A DNA stretch of 63,997 nt, filler included, from Vezdaea acicularis (taxonomy: Eukaryota): NCBI GenBank assembly GCA_026025075.1. It is 3 parts of 3 records of this genome, joined end to end, with 100 filler letters (N's around TTAATTAATTAA, not from the genome) between each part and the next. Parts side by side here need not be neighbours in the genome. Positions count along the whole stretch, not along the records: positions 28,866 to 57,405 come from JAPEUI010000171.1; positions 57,506 to 63,997 come from JAPEUI010000283.1; 1 more part is not named here. One strand, written 5' to 3'. The notes beneath the pieces are model-generated. The model made no database searches and was not told where the DNA came from. It saw only the letters and a list, made by a program, of their open reading frames with translations. The position numbers and the translations under genes are program-made. Numbering within the stretch: the stretch's first letter is position 1; each line of letters starts with the position of its first letter. Shown one piece after another: positions 49,945-61,116 of this stretch.

Positions 49945-52900
49945 ATGTCGCATTTCCGTCCTTCATCCAGCAGTCGTTCCACCTCCGAGGAAAGTGTTAA
50001 TAAGAGGATCGTCGCCAACTTCCACGAGCTGGGCCTGCTGTCGACTGACGAGAAGCGGCGTGGCGTGCCGAGACAGAAGCAGAAGCAAACTTACCGGCGC
50101 ACCGTCGACCGGTCGTACTCCAACGGTAAGTACATGTGCAACGCGTGCGAGACCGCTGCTCTTCCCCGCCCACCCGCCAACCTCCCTTGCTGTCTCAAGA
50201 TTTGGAAATAACTGTCTAACACGAACTGTGGTATGCTGCGTAGGGCCGCCATTGACCAGAAGCACGAGCGTCCCATCGAGATCTGGTTCATCGGCCGCGA
50301 GACCGCTGGTACATGCGAGACCAAGCTTCTTCACGAGAAAGAATACCGACCCCGCCTCGACCGTACCTCTAGACGCTCCCTACCGTCCGGTCTACCCCCG
50401 ACCAACCACCCCACACAGGCCAAGCCTCGTAAACAGGCCCAGCAATATTCTAAAAAAGGTCCACGAGAAACAGGATCCATCGGCCCCGCGCCGCCCGAAT
50501 ATTAGATTTGCGACACCTCCACCGGGTCTGAATCGGAACATTGACCGATTTGAAACAGATACACATTTCGAGCGGGTGGAACGACCCAATCGCCCGGCAT
50601 ATAATAGCAAGGTTCAAACCTCGTTCAGCTGGAGAGCAGGAGGTGCGATGGCCGGCATGCTTGACGGGGAGCGATCACGGACCAGGCGAGAGCGAACATT
50701 CATTGGTAGCCAATGCGCGGTGTGTGACGAGCCACTGGAGCACACTCTGCGCGGTGAAAGGATCCTACAATTTTCCTGCGGCCACGTCTCTCACGAAGCA
50801 TGCTTCTATGAGTTCATTAAAGAGGTGGAGTCCCAGCATTGTCCGACGTGTAACGCACCGTTGGGGCTCGATACAAGTAGAGGAGGAAGCATACTTGATT
50901 TAGGTCGGTCAAGCTTAACCGCCCGTTAAACTTATCTCTTTGTGTCATTCCTAACTCTTAACAGAGAAGCTCAGCAGCATCGTTAGATCGGTAGCTATAG
51001 CTGAACCCAGAGATCAATCCCAACCCAGACGGCAACCTCCTACACCGACTTGGGAAAAGGAAACTATACATGAGCCGCCTCCGGCAGCTCGACCTCACCC
51101 GAGTCATCGAGATGGTCCTCCTCATATTCGGGAGCGTGGCTCCTCCTTGAACCGGGGGCATGCTCGAAATGACAGCAATACGTCTGCACATGACTCCGCG
51201 ACAGAGTTCGCCGAACCTCCCCATAACCGTCGGCATGACTATGACGTTCAAGCAATGGAGACGAATGTCAGCGCTAGGAACAGCATGTCCAAGAAACCCA
51301 TGCCAGCGCCCACCATAACCATCAGGAGCGAATTCCCCACTCTCACACGGTCTCGTCAGCAGCAATCCCTAACCTGTCTGGTCACCGTCGAAGTGCCTGA
51401 AGGTAAATGGCGACCCGACCCCAATCACTTCAGGGGCGCGCCCCTGACTACTGGGTCCACTGCGCTTATTCCCCCTACACCAGTGGATCCACCATCAGAT
51501 CCTACGGGAGCATTTAGCCGCATAGCTTCACCCCATCCAGGCGCTGATTATGAGCCCTTCGAACCGTTCGAATCCCCTGAAGAGTTGGACGACATCACGG
51601 AAGACCTTCGCACGCGGGTTGACAACTGGCACGGTCTAGACTTTTCGAGGTAAGTGTCACCATTACTCACGTCACAAAATGGTTGTGCTAATCTCACTCC
51701 GTCTAAGGTTTGGACGACTTCGTCTGTTTAGCACGATCCGTGTTGGAAAAGACCGCCAGTCATGGCAGGAGCTCGAATGCTACTTGTTTGCGGAGATGCT
51801 TATATGCGTAAAGGAGAAGAAAAATGCTGCGCCTCAGTGGGATGCTTCATCTCAACGCAAATTGACAAGGTGTACGCTGAAAGGGTCTATCCTAATCAAG
51901 AAGCACCTTAAAAGAGTCAATGAAGTCAGCCCAGGTGAGTCTTGGCCCAGCTTGCCCAGGCGATCGTTGTAAGACTAACCAGTCAAATTAGACGAGCCGA
52001 TTTTGACTTTAAGTCTTTCCGTCGCGGAATTGCCGTCGTTCCATCTCCTCTTCCCAGACCGTGACCAACTAGTTCTATGGAAACGGGCTCTTCTGGACCT
52101 GAATGGCTCGTACGAATCAGCTCCTCTTCATAGTCACAGTCAGAGCCCCGTTACCGAACCTATGGATAGCTCGGAGACGGACGAGGAGGATTATCGTACT
52201 CTCAAGACGACCAAAAGAGTGTCTTCGATGAACTCCTCGTTTGGTCCTAGTAAGTCCACTACCACAGCGCCCACGGAGTACACCGCAGCCGGCAAGGGGC
52301 TACCCAACATTTCGTTACCATCGCCTGTCCACGTACCTCTAGATATTGTGGTGGTCATCCCGGTATCATCTTCGATGCAGGGATTGAAGATTACGCTTCT
52401 GCGGGATGCACTTAGGTTCCTCGTCCAGAATCTAGGAGAGCGAGACCGTATGGGACTGGTCACTTTCGGATCTGGCGGAGGTGGGGTACCTATGGTGGGA
52501 ATGACGACGAAAAGCTGGTCTGGATGGCCAGAAGCGCTGAACTCCATACGCCCTTTCGGGCAGAAAAGTCTGCGAGCGGACGTGGTCGAAGGCGCTAACG
52601 TCGCCATGGATCTCCTGATGCAGAGGAAAAACAGCAATCCAATCGGCACGATTCTCCTCATTAGCGATTCATCCACTGCGGATGCAGATAGTGTGGACTT
52701 TGTCGTGTCACGTGCCGAAGCTGCAAAGTAAGTTCCATATTCCCCTGAACCCCCTTAACAATCATACTAAGAGCCTCGGACAGGGTCGCGATTCATTCCT
52801 TCGGCTTGGGCTTGACCCATAAGCCTGATACGATGATTGAGCTATCAACAAGGACGAAGGCTTCCTATGTCTACGTCAAGGATTGGATGATGCTCCGCGA

Positions 52901-54107
52901 ATGCTTAGCAGGCGTGATGGGCTCAATGCAGACGTTATCCCATTCGAACGTCAAGCTGAAATTAAAACTCCCGGAAGGATCCCCGGCCAAGTTCGTCAAG
53001 ATCAGTGGCGCTCTACAAATCACCAAGCGAGCTACGGGGAAGGAAGCCGAAGCAGCTCTCGGAGACCTTCGCTTTGGAGACAAACGAGGTAAGTCCATTG
53101 CCCCTCTCTCTAACCCTGACAAAGACCTTGTGTTAACACCCCTCCCCCCCAAAGACATCTTAGTACAACTTGTCATTGCCCCCGACAACTCGTCACAAGA
53201 GCAGCTCCCTCAAGATGCCTGGGAATCCATTATCTCCGGCCTCGAAGCGCTCGGCCCACTTGATTCCGAAGACCCACGAGGCGTCAGCGTCGAAGAAGTG
53301 CCTCTCATCCAAGCCGACCTAACATATGGCGACATCCTGCGCGACAGTATACTGACGCATCTGCCGCGCCCGTCTCTCCTAGCCATAACAATGCTCCCGC
53401 AGCCCAGCCGCGCCAAGGGCCGCGCCTCTTCACCGCCTATCCCGCCCCATCCGTCCATCGTTCAGCGCCGCATGGAACTACTCACTTCCGACATGATGAC
53501 CAGGGCCCTCACGCTCGTATCCCGAACCCAACACGAGCGCGCACACCACCTCCTCCAGGAAACGCGCTCCATCCTCAAGGGCCTTGGCAAGGGTGGCTTG
53601 CCTCCTGTTCCTCCTACCAGTAGCGGCACCAAGCCTCGCACAAACTCTTCTTCCGCACCAACGCCCTCCCCGGAGAAAAAGTCTGGCTCCACCACCGCCA
53701 CCAATAATCGCAGCCGTAGCGCCTCAACCAGCACCGGCAGCACCTCGCCGCACCCCGACTCTCACCAAGATTCGCACCCCGACTCTCCCTCTCCCGCCTC
53801 CCACGACCAAGAGCGAACGTCATCTCCCGTTTTCACGCCCGCCCCTGGCATCGATGTCAGTACCCTCGCTGCGCTCGACGCTGAGCTTGAAAGCGCCCTC
53901 GAGTGGATCAACCACCCAGCCGTCTTTGGCAGGGACTCGAGAAAGGCTGTCCTCCAGGCCATCGGCGTCATCAGCAGCCAGCGCGCGTATACGTTCCGGA
54001 CGGCGGCAGAAAGTCTGTGGGCCGGTCGCGTGAGCGGGGTTAGGAGACTGATGGAGCGGTCTAGGAACTGGAGGGAGGTGGACGAGGGGTTGCGGGAGGA
54101 GGTATAG
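49945..54107 (+). CDS. RING-H2 + PH + vWA domain protein (Far1/Ste5-like architecture); 7 exons; alternative start at 50648 (MAGMLDGER)
   Basis: RING-H2 CAVC...CGHVSHEAC...CPTC; PH-like FGRLRLF...ECYLFAEMLICVKE; vWA LDIVVVIPVSSSM...DRMGLVTF...LLISD. Exons approximately 49945-50125, 50244-50903, 50965-51649, 51708-51934, 51992-52727, 52784-53088 and 53155-54107. Confidence 0.88.
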
Positions 54108-55138
54108 GTATGGTGTCTGTCGACCGTGGTAGGTTTGGGTAAATATGGGAGGAGGAGACTGATTACCTGTTCAAAGGGCTAGAAAACTAGCAAGTAGGGA
54201 ACATAGGAGGTTGGTGTAAGGGTCTCACAACATAAGCAAGGGAAAGCGGTTGTTTTGGGGGGTTAAGGGGGGGGGGCTGGGGGTAGAAGGGGTGTCATCG
54301 TAAGCATTTCGGAGGCGAAAACCCGCATGTGAAGCTCATCGGATCTGTATAGTGGAGGCTTTTTTTTGTATCTAGCAACCTCCCATCTGTTTTCATCTCT
54401 TTGGGGTTTCAATTTGTCACATTTCATGAGCGGATGCGACAACGCGGCTATTTTCACACGATAGATACCCCCTCACTTCATCTAAGGTGGACGGTGGATG
54501 GTGGCTGGTGGTCGTTCGCTTGTGGATAATGGTTAGGTCAATCCAGAATTTTTCAAAAGAAGTTCGTGACTTTTCTACGTGAAAGTGCTTCTGAAAAGCG
54601 AAGGTGGGGGTGATGGATATTGTCATGTCGTTCCGCCCGAACCTGATGAACCCTTTCTGCTTCTTCCTCGTAGATACTAAACCACAGGGAAACGCGCCTC
54701 GGCCGTCAATGTACTTGCGTGACGTCAATTTCGTCCTTCATGATAGATGACCTCTCGAAAAGGTAGATGAGGTTTTGTTGGGGCCTTTGCGGTAAAGTAT
54801 TCTCTCCTATTAAAGGGGTTTAAGGAGAGTTTCTGAGAGATTCGGTGCGCGGTTGTATTATATGCATGGCCTCCTGTGGTATGGGGGTAAGGACCGTGGT
54901 GGTGCATGAACTTAGTGGTCTTGTGTTTTGAAGGGTCGCCTGTTTTATGGAGGTTCGGGTTTATTTGGAGTTTTGTGAGGGTTGGCGGGAACGGCGTTAT
55001 GTAGTGACATAAACATTAGGGGCATGAGGTCGTGCATGGACGTGCATCTGAGCGAAGCTATTACCGAGCTCCTCCGATCCAACGTTGCGCGACTCTACTC
55101 ACTTCCACCCCTCTTCATGACCCCCAACCTCTATCACC

Positions 55139-56500
55139 ATGTACATATCCCGCCTTCTCTCACGTCCGCCCGCGTCCGGTCCCCTCATCTTCGCTCCTCT
55201 CCTCCGCCAAACATCCATACGGGTCCCAAAACGGTTTCCCCCAGCACTACACACTCAGCGGCGTGCCCAATCCCGCTTTCCTTTCCCCAGCACCGGTGGC
55301 AGCCGCCCGCGATATACGCGCTTCAGCCGCGCACAGGGCGTTGCATCCCTATGGCAGAACTCCCCGGGGTTTCGGTACATCGTCGGTGCGGTGATCGTGG
55401 GCGGCGGCGTCTTCTACGTCAGTAATATCGAGACCGTACCTGTACGTTCCCCCTCTCATTCCCTTACCCCCGTCTACCACTCCCCTGCCAAGGACACATT
55501 TCCCCCACAAAGAGCCTTCAAGATTGCTAATTAATCTCATATTTGGGGGGGACAGGTCTCCGGCCGCCGCCGCTTCAACGTCTACTCCCCAAGCAGCGAA
55601 GAAGCCATCGGCCGCGCCCAATACCAACAAGTGCTGTCCCAATACCGCAACGCGCTGCTACCACCCTCCGACCCGCGCGTGCGCATGGTACGCCGTGTGC
55701 TCGACCGACTGATCCCGAGCTCTGGTCTGGCGGATGCGAAGTGGGAGGTCTTTGTGATCGACGCGCCGGGCGAGCGCAATGCCTTTGTCATTCCGGGCGG
55801 GAAGGTATTCGTGTTCTCTGGCATCCTACCGATCTGCAACGGCGAGGACGGGTTAGCAGCTGCACTGGGCGTACGTCGTCCCTCCACCTCCCCCTCCCTC
55901 ATCCTCCCCATCAAGCCTTGAATACACCTACAACCCAGAACCTCAACTAAACCCCCACAGCACGAAATCGCACACAACATAGCCCACCACGCCGCCGAGC
56001 GCCTCTCCCAAACCATCCTCCTAACCGGCGCTCTCCAACTCCTCTACCTCCTCGGCCTGCCCCCGGAGCTCCCCTCCGCCCTCATCGCTGACCTCGCCTT
56101 CCTCCGCCCCGGCTCCCGCAAACAGGAGTCCGAGGCCGATTACATCGGGCTCATGCTGATGGCCCAGAGCTGCTTCGATCCGCACGCCGCCGTCGAGCTC
56201 TGGCGGCGCATGGAACAGGCTACGAAGTTCGAACCGCCTCAGTTTATTAGCACACATCCGAGTAATCATAATCGTTTGCAGCAAATGCGCGAGTGGATGC
56301 CGGAGGCGACGGCGAAGGCCGCGGAGGGCGAGTGTGGGGCGACACTTGGTTATGGTATGTTTTCTCCTCTCTTCTGTTTTGGGGGTAGGGAGGCTTTCTT
56401 TTGGCGTTAACCCGTGTTGAGCCCTTTTTTCTTGCTAGCTGGCTAATCGTTCCTCGTAGCGAATGACTTCAAGAAGGCCTTTGGAGAGGTGGTTTGGTAG
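55139..56500 (+). CDS. OMA1: Mitochondrial M48 metalloendopeptidase; 4 exons
   Basis: Arg/Ser-rich presequence-like N-terminus, ETVPVSGRRRFN, NAFVIPGGKVFV, HEIAH zinc motif, SRKQESEAD and STHP. Introns 55442-55555, 55871-55960 and 56356-56459. Confidence 0.93.
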
Positions 56501-57036
56501 GGGAGGTGGGGGGCGTATCGGAAGCTTTCTTGGAGTATGTTGGGGTGAGGGAGAAGTAGGAGGAGGAAAAAGGGTTGAGGGGGGGGTGCATGGAAGGCAG
56601 CATCATTGGCGCACGGGAACAGGAACTGAGAGACCTAAGGCCCAGGAAGCGGTTCCGACCTGCTCTGAAAGGTCTCTGGAAATTCGAGGGATGTGGATGG
56701 TATGGAGGCCAAAACTTCTGCTGATCCGTGGAAAGGAATCTGGGGAGCACGGCTAGACCGTGAAGAACTGCTCTGTCATAGAAATTCTGAACAGCTTGTA
56801 GCGCCGCATTCCAGCTTGGGAAAAAGGTGGTAAATGGGCGCGGAGCAGAAGCACGATAACAGGATCGTAAGGTCACTGTTGCATCACTGGGTTTGTGGGA
56901 AGTTAAAGTCCAGCTAGCAGCTTGCAAGCTCCACATTCATCCAAAAAAAAATAACGCACGTCAAACGACCGCCCAAGCCAAACGCCGTACTTTTTGCCCT
57001 CTCCCTTACCCCTATAAAAAGCCCCATGCCCCCACC

Positions 57037-57405
57037 TCAGAACCTCGTCCCATTAACGCCCACGCCGCCCCTCCCTAATTCCGCCGCGACAACCGTCGCT
57101 TCCCTGACAGCTCTCGCGACTGTTCCGCGGACCCTGCCCTCTTCAAGTACTAGTAATCCGCCGATGGTGCAACCGCCAGGAGTGCCGACTTTCTCCCTCA
57201 CGAGCGCGGGATGCTCGCCACCGAGCACCAGTTTTGCCGTTCCGAGCATGGTCTGGGCGGCCATGAGCTGGGCCTCGGCGCGGGGGAGGCCCATGGCGAC
57301 GGCGCCGTCGGCGAGGGATTCGAGGACGAGGGCGAAGAAGGCGGGGCCGGAGCCGCAGAGGGCGGTCGAGGCGTCCATGAGGGAGGGCGGGAGGGAGAGG
57401 GTGCG
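57037..57405 (-). CDS. PRO3: Pyrroline-5-carboxylate reductase, C-terminal part (5' part lost in gap)
   Basis: MDASTALCGSGPAF, DGAVAMGLPR and TPGGCTIGGL dimerisation-domain motifs. Confidence 0.92.
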   Translation of the reverse strand, partial: RTLSLPPSLMDASTALCGSGPAFFALVLESLADGAVAMGLPRAEAQLMAAQTMLGTAKLVLGGEHPALVREKVGTPGGCTIGGLLVLEEGRVRGTVARAVREATVVAAELGRGGVGVNGTRF

Positions 57406-57505
57406 NNNNNNNNNNNNNNNNNNNNNNNNNNNNNNNNNNNNNNNNNNNNTTAATTAATTAANNNNNNNNNNNNNNNNNNNNNNNNNNNNNNNNNNNNNNN
57501 NNNNN
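57406..57505. other. Assembly gap / contig linker (Ns with TTAATTAATTAA at 57450-57461)
   Basis: Same layout as the first gap; truncates the genes on both sides. Confidence 0.98.
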
Positions 57506-59268
57506 CCGCTAAGTTCGCGCTCGATCAGATCGCGGCCTTCGCGCCAGGTACCAGAGCCGTAGGGGTCGTTGTCGTCGTCATCGTCGCCATCGTCGGCAGA
57601 GCTGGGGTCGAGCAGGCCCAAGCCGAGGCAGCGCTTGATCTTGCCGTAGAGGTTGAAGAGGGAGGCGAAGACGGAGAAGAGGATGAAGAAGGGGAAGACG
57701 AGGTCGAAGCCCTCGACGAGCTTGGTGCTGTCGAGCAGGCGGCCGAGGAAGTGGTAGAAGGTGGTGGACTGGTAGAGCATTTTGGGGAGGAAGGTGACGA
57801 AGTTGTAGGCGAGGGGGATGGTCAACTTGGCGGTCTGCATGGCGTACCAGCATGCGCTCTCGCCGTAGGTGTTGCGCCGCACGAGCGCACGGTTGCCCCA
57901 GACTTTCGCGTCGCTGATGGAGGTCAGGGCCGCGGTGCACATGTAGAGCAGCCAGGCGGCGGCGATGACTTGGCCGCCGAAGCCGATCTGGCCGCGCGAG
58001 CTGGTCGGGTGGTGTACGATGGTGAGGGAGATGATGGAGAGTTTGGGGGCGGTGGATTTGATCAACTCGCACCAGATGATGCAGGTGGAGGCGAGCGCGA
58101 GGAAGGAGCCCAGACCGTAGCGGAGGAGGGGGAGGAGCTGTGTGTAGAGGAGGTAGCGGGTGTAGGGCGTGAGGAGGGTGAGGCGGGAGACAATGGTGGA
58201 CGGGGCGGAAGAGGAGGTGAAGATGAGTCGTTTGGAGGCGGAGGAGTCCAGAATGGCTTGAAGACGGGCGGCTTCGCGGATGATGAAGTCCCATTCTTCA
58301 AGGAAGCGGGCGCGCCTGTGACGCTCGCGTTTGAACCTCCGGGTGAGGTCGGCGAGGTACTGCTCCGTTATGACGATGGGTATGGCGGCGGATGATGTTC
58401 GGGGCATAGGAGCACGGCTGGGTAATCGCGTCTCGGGGAGACCGGACATGTCTGCGAGCTCCTCCACCCATTCCTGTAAATCTCTCGAGACAAGATTCTT
58501 CCCCTGTCGTAGCTGCGCGACCTGTGTTTCTAGTTCGACCATCTCCTCTATGGATTCGTCTAGGCTGTCGTGTATCTTGGGAGCCTTCGCCTGGAGTCTC
58601 TTCAGCCGCTCCCCCGTATTCGCATTGCGGATAATCTTCCGCGGGACTGCGACAAGGCCGTGGCCCATCAGGTATATCGCAAGAATCAAACCCCAGCAGT
58701 ATGCTAACGCCATCACCAACGCTTTGAAAGATGTCGCGCTTGCCCCTGACTGGATGAAAAAGTACACCAGTCCGGCCGCGCCCGAGCCCAGGACAATGAG
58801 TTGGTATCGAGCATTTTTACGCAGGGAGTAAAGAAATCGGTCTTTGGGGGACAGATAGCCCGAGTCCACGTATTCGCCCAGCAAGGGAAGAATGAACCTA
58901 CGAGTTTTGATGTGTTAGCGAGATCGGATATCAAACCATACCTATGATACCTACCAGGTTAGGAAGAAAGTCAGCCAGTAGCTGATCCTCCACGACACGT
59001 GCAGCACGGGCTCGAGGAGTCTGATGCCCCTCGTCCCGGAGTCCGTCCCCGCACTTGAAGCAAGGTCGACCGGCACCAGCACGATGATGCTGGCGGGGAG
59101 GGCCAAGGCGAAGAAGATCGGGACGAGGAGGTAGGCAGGGGTCGTGCGGATGGGCAGAAAGTGGCGGAGGATGAGCAGGACTGCGGTGGAGATGACGAGG
59201 AGAGCGCAGACGGCGAAGATGTCCGAGCCGATTGGCGACGCGGCGAGGGTCGCGAAGGGATCGGCCAT
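57506..59268 (-). CDS. LMBR1-domain membrane protein (LMBRD2-like), 3'-truncated by gap; intron 58898-58954
   Basis: LVPVDLAS, WRISYWLTFFLTWFILP, EYVDSG, GHGLVAVPR and PLAYNF motifs; multiple TM helices around a coiled-coil loop. Confidence 0.9.
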
Positions 59269-59977
59269 GGCCAGCTCTTGGAGAAGGGACGTGATGGGCG
59301 GTAGGGCTGGAAGCGCAGAGCGGTGGGGGTTTCTGCGGGAGGTTCTACGCCGTCAGACACAGGCGAGACATGGTCCGAGAAAGGCAGGCGGCGTATCAGG
59401 GCGGCGGAAGGCGGCTACGGTATGCGCGTGTCTGTCTGCCTCGTCAATACGCCGTTGATGGGGAGAGTGTTGCGTTGATGCGGCGCGTCTTGAACAGGAG
59501 TCGCCTGGATTCGAGGGTTTGGAGAGGGCAGGGGAAGAATGTGAGAAGAAGAGAGAGCAGTCACGGCGGAAGGCGGCGGACGGGAGTAGCGAAAGGCCGA
59601 CGTCGACAGATCGGCGCCGGGGGGCAGACAACGTTCGAGGCTGGTTATGTCAGCGGCTTGGCGTGGCCTTATTGACGGCCCGGCGCACGTGATACACATC
59701 TTGAAACGTCGTGGGTGTGATTGGGCGGACAAGCGAGGGAGGGTACGGCGGGCGCCATCGCACCCGAAAGGCTTTTTTCGGCTGTGGCTCCCGCGCCGCG
59801 GGCGAGAAGAGCGAAAAGAGAAAGCGCGCAAAGAGGCAGCGGCGACCGGGGGGGGGTGGAAACGGAGGGGGAAAGCGCGAGAGAGAAGGGAAAGGGCGAG
59901 GGAGAGAGAGGGAGAGTCACGGGGAGCGTCACGGGCGCGCCAAGAGACAAATTGGAGGGCGAAGGCAGTGGAGGAGG

Positions 59978-60172
59978 CAGCAGCAGCAGCAGCAGCAGAC
60001 GACTTCTCTCTCGCCGGCGCCCGGTCACCCACCGCCTCAGTCGTCTGCACGCGCTTCTCTCCTCGCTCTTCTGTCCTGATCGGCGGTCAGTGCAGACAGT
60101 CTCGCAAACATCGAGCAGAGCAGACCGGCGGGCATGACCACCGCGATTCTGCTGCTGCTGCTGCTGCTGCTG
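59978..60172. repeat. (CAG)7 at 59978-59998 and (CTG)8 at 60149-60172 in the divergent promoter
   Basis: Read directly from the sequence. Confidence 0.9.
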
Positions 60173-60469
60173 ATGATGCTGCTTGCTGTTCGGTGCGGCC
60201 AGGTCGTGTGTGTCGTGCGGGCGTCTGGCGTATCAGCGCTGCGGGAGCCGGTCGAGCCCTGCCGTTTCGTGTGGCCCTGGCCCTCGCCTTAACTTAGCTC
60301 GCTGCTTAGCCTGGCGTCCGCCCCGAAAATGGCGAGAACGCAGACGCTGGCCGACTGGTCGACCGGCTCCCTGGCCTGGTCCATGACCCGCAACGCAACC
60401 TGACAGCAGCCAGGGCCCTGCGCTCCACTCCCAACGCACGCCGGCCATCGTCTCCATCTCCTCGACCCA

Positions 60470-60582
60470 TCATCCTCTCCCCTCCCTCTCCACGCCATCC
60501 ATCGCTCTCGTCACCTTCTCCCTCGCCCTCCTTCTTCCTCTCTCTCTCTCTCTCTCTCTCTTCCTTTCTCTAATCCTTCTCT
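60470..60582 (+). promoter_or_regulatory. Pyrimidine-rich CT box including a (CT)n microsatellite upstream of the Med15-like gene
   Basis: Strongly C/T-rich tract; CT boxes commonly precede transcription starts in filamentous fungi. Confidence 0.55.
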
Positions 60583-61116
60583 GCCACGACCGCTTCGTTC
60601 GCTCTGCTCCTGCGACCCGCTCCATTCTGCTCCGCCTGCATCGACCGCGGGGATAAGACACGCACGCACGCCCGCCGCACACCAGAGACACCCGTCGCCG
60701 TGTCGCCCTGCTTGGGCCAGCTCGTGCTCCTGCATCGAGCTCGCTGCTCGCCCGACTCTATCCATCCTCCTCACCGACATTCTCCGCCGTCGCTCGACTC
60801 TTGTTGCGTCTTATTCGCGGGCACGCCGACGGCTCTGACTCGACGTCTTACCACTTTCTCCGGACTGTGTGTGCACGACGAACGACAGAGGGCATCTTGA
60901 TCGGAGCACAGGTAGATCGGTGTCACCGGCGCACTGCCTCCGGAGGACGAGCGTCACACGCCTCCGCGACGAGCCCCATCACCAACCTTCTCGTTCTCCT
61001 TCAGAATTGCTCAGCGCTTGGTCGAATTTTTGCTTCACGGGCGATCATCTGGATCTTATTCTTAGTTTGCCGGAGAACACTGACATGCTGTCATCCCCAT
61101 CGGGGCCACCGTCATC

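Noticed and set aside
57037..57600. Truncated PRO3 and LMBR1-family genes as pseudogenes or a fusion
   Set aside because: Both frames are open up to the N gap, so the truncation is an assembly artefact.
57578..60297. Long overlapping or antisense ORFs (e.g. 57578-58294, 57751-58395, 59415-60050, 59647-60297)
   Set aside because: Shadow frames caused by high GC, codon bias and low-complexity promoter sequence; no protein motifs.
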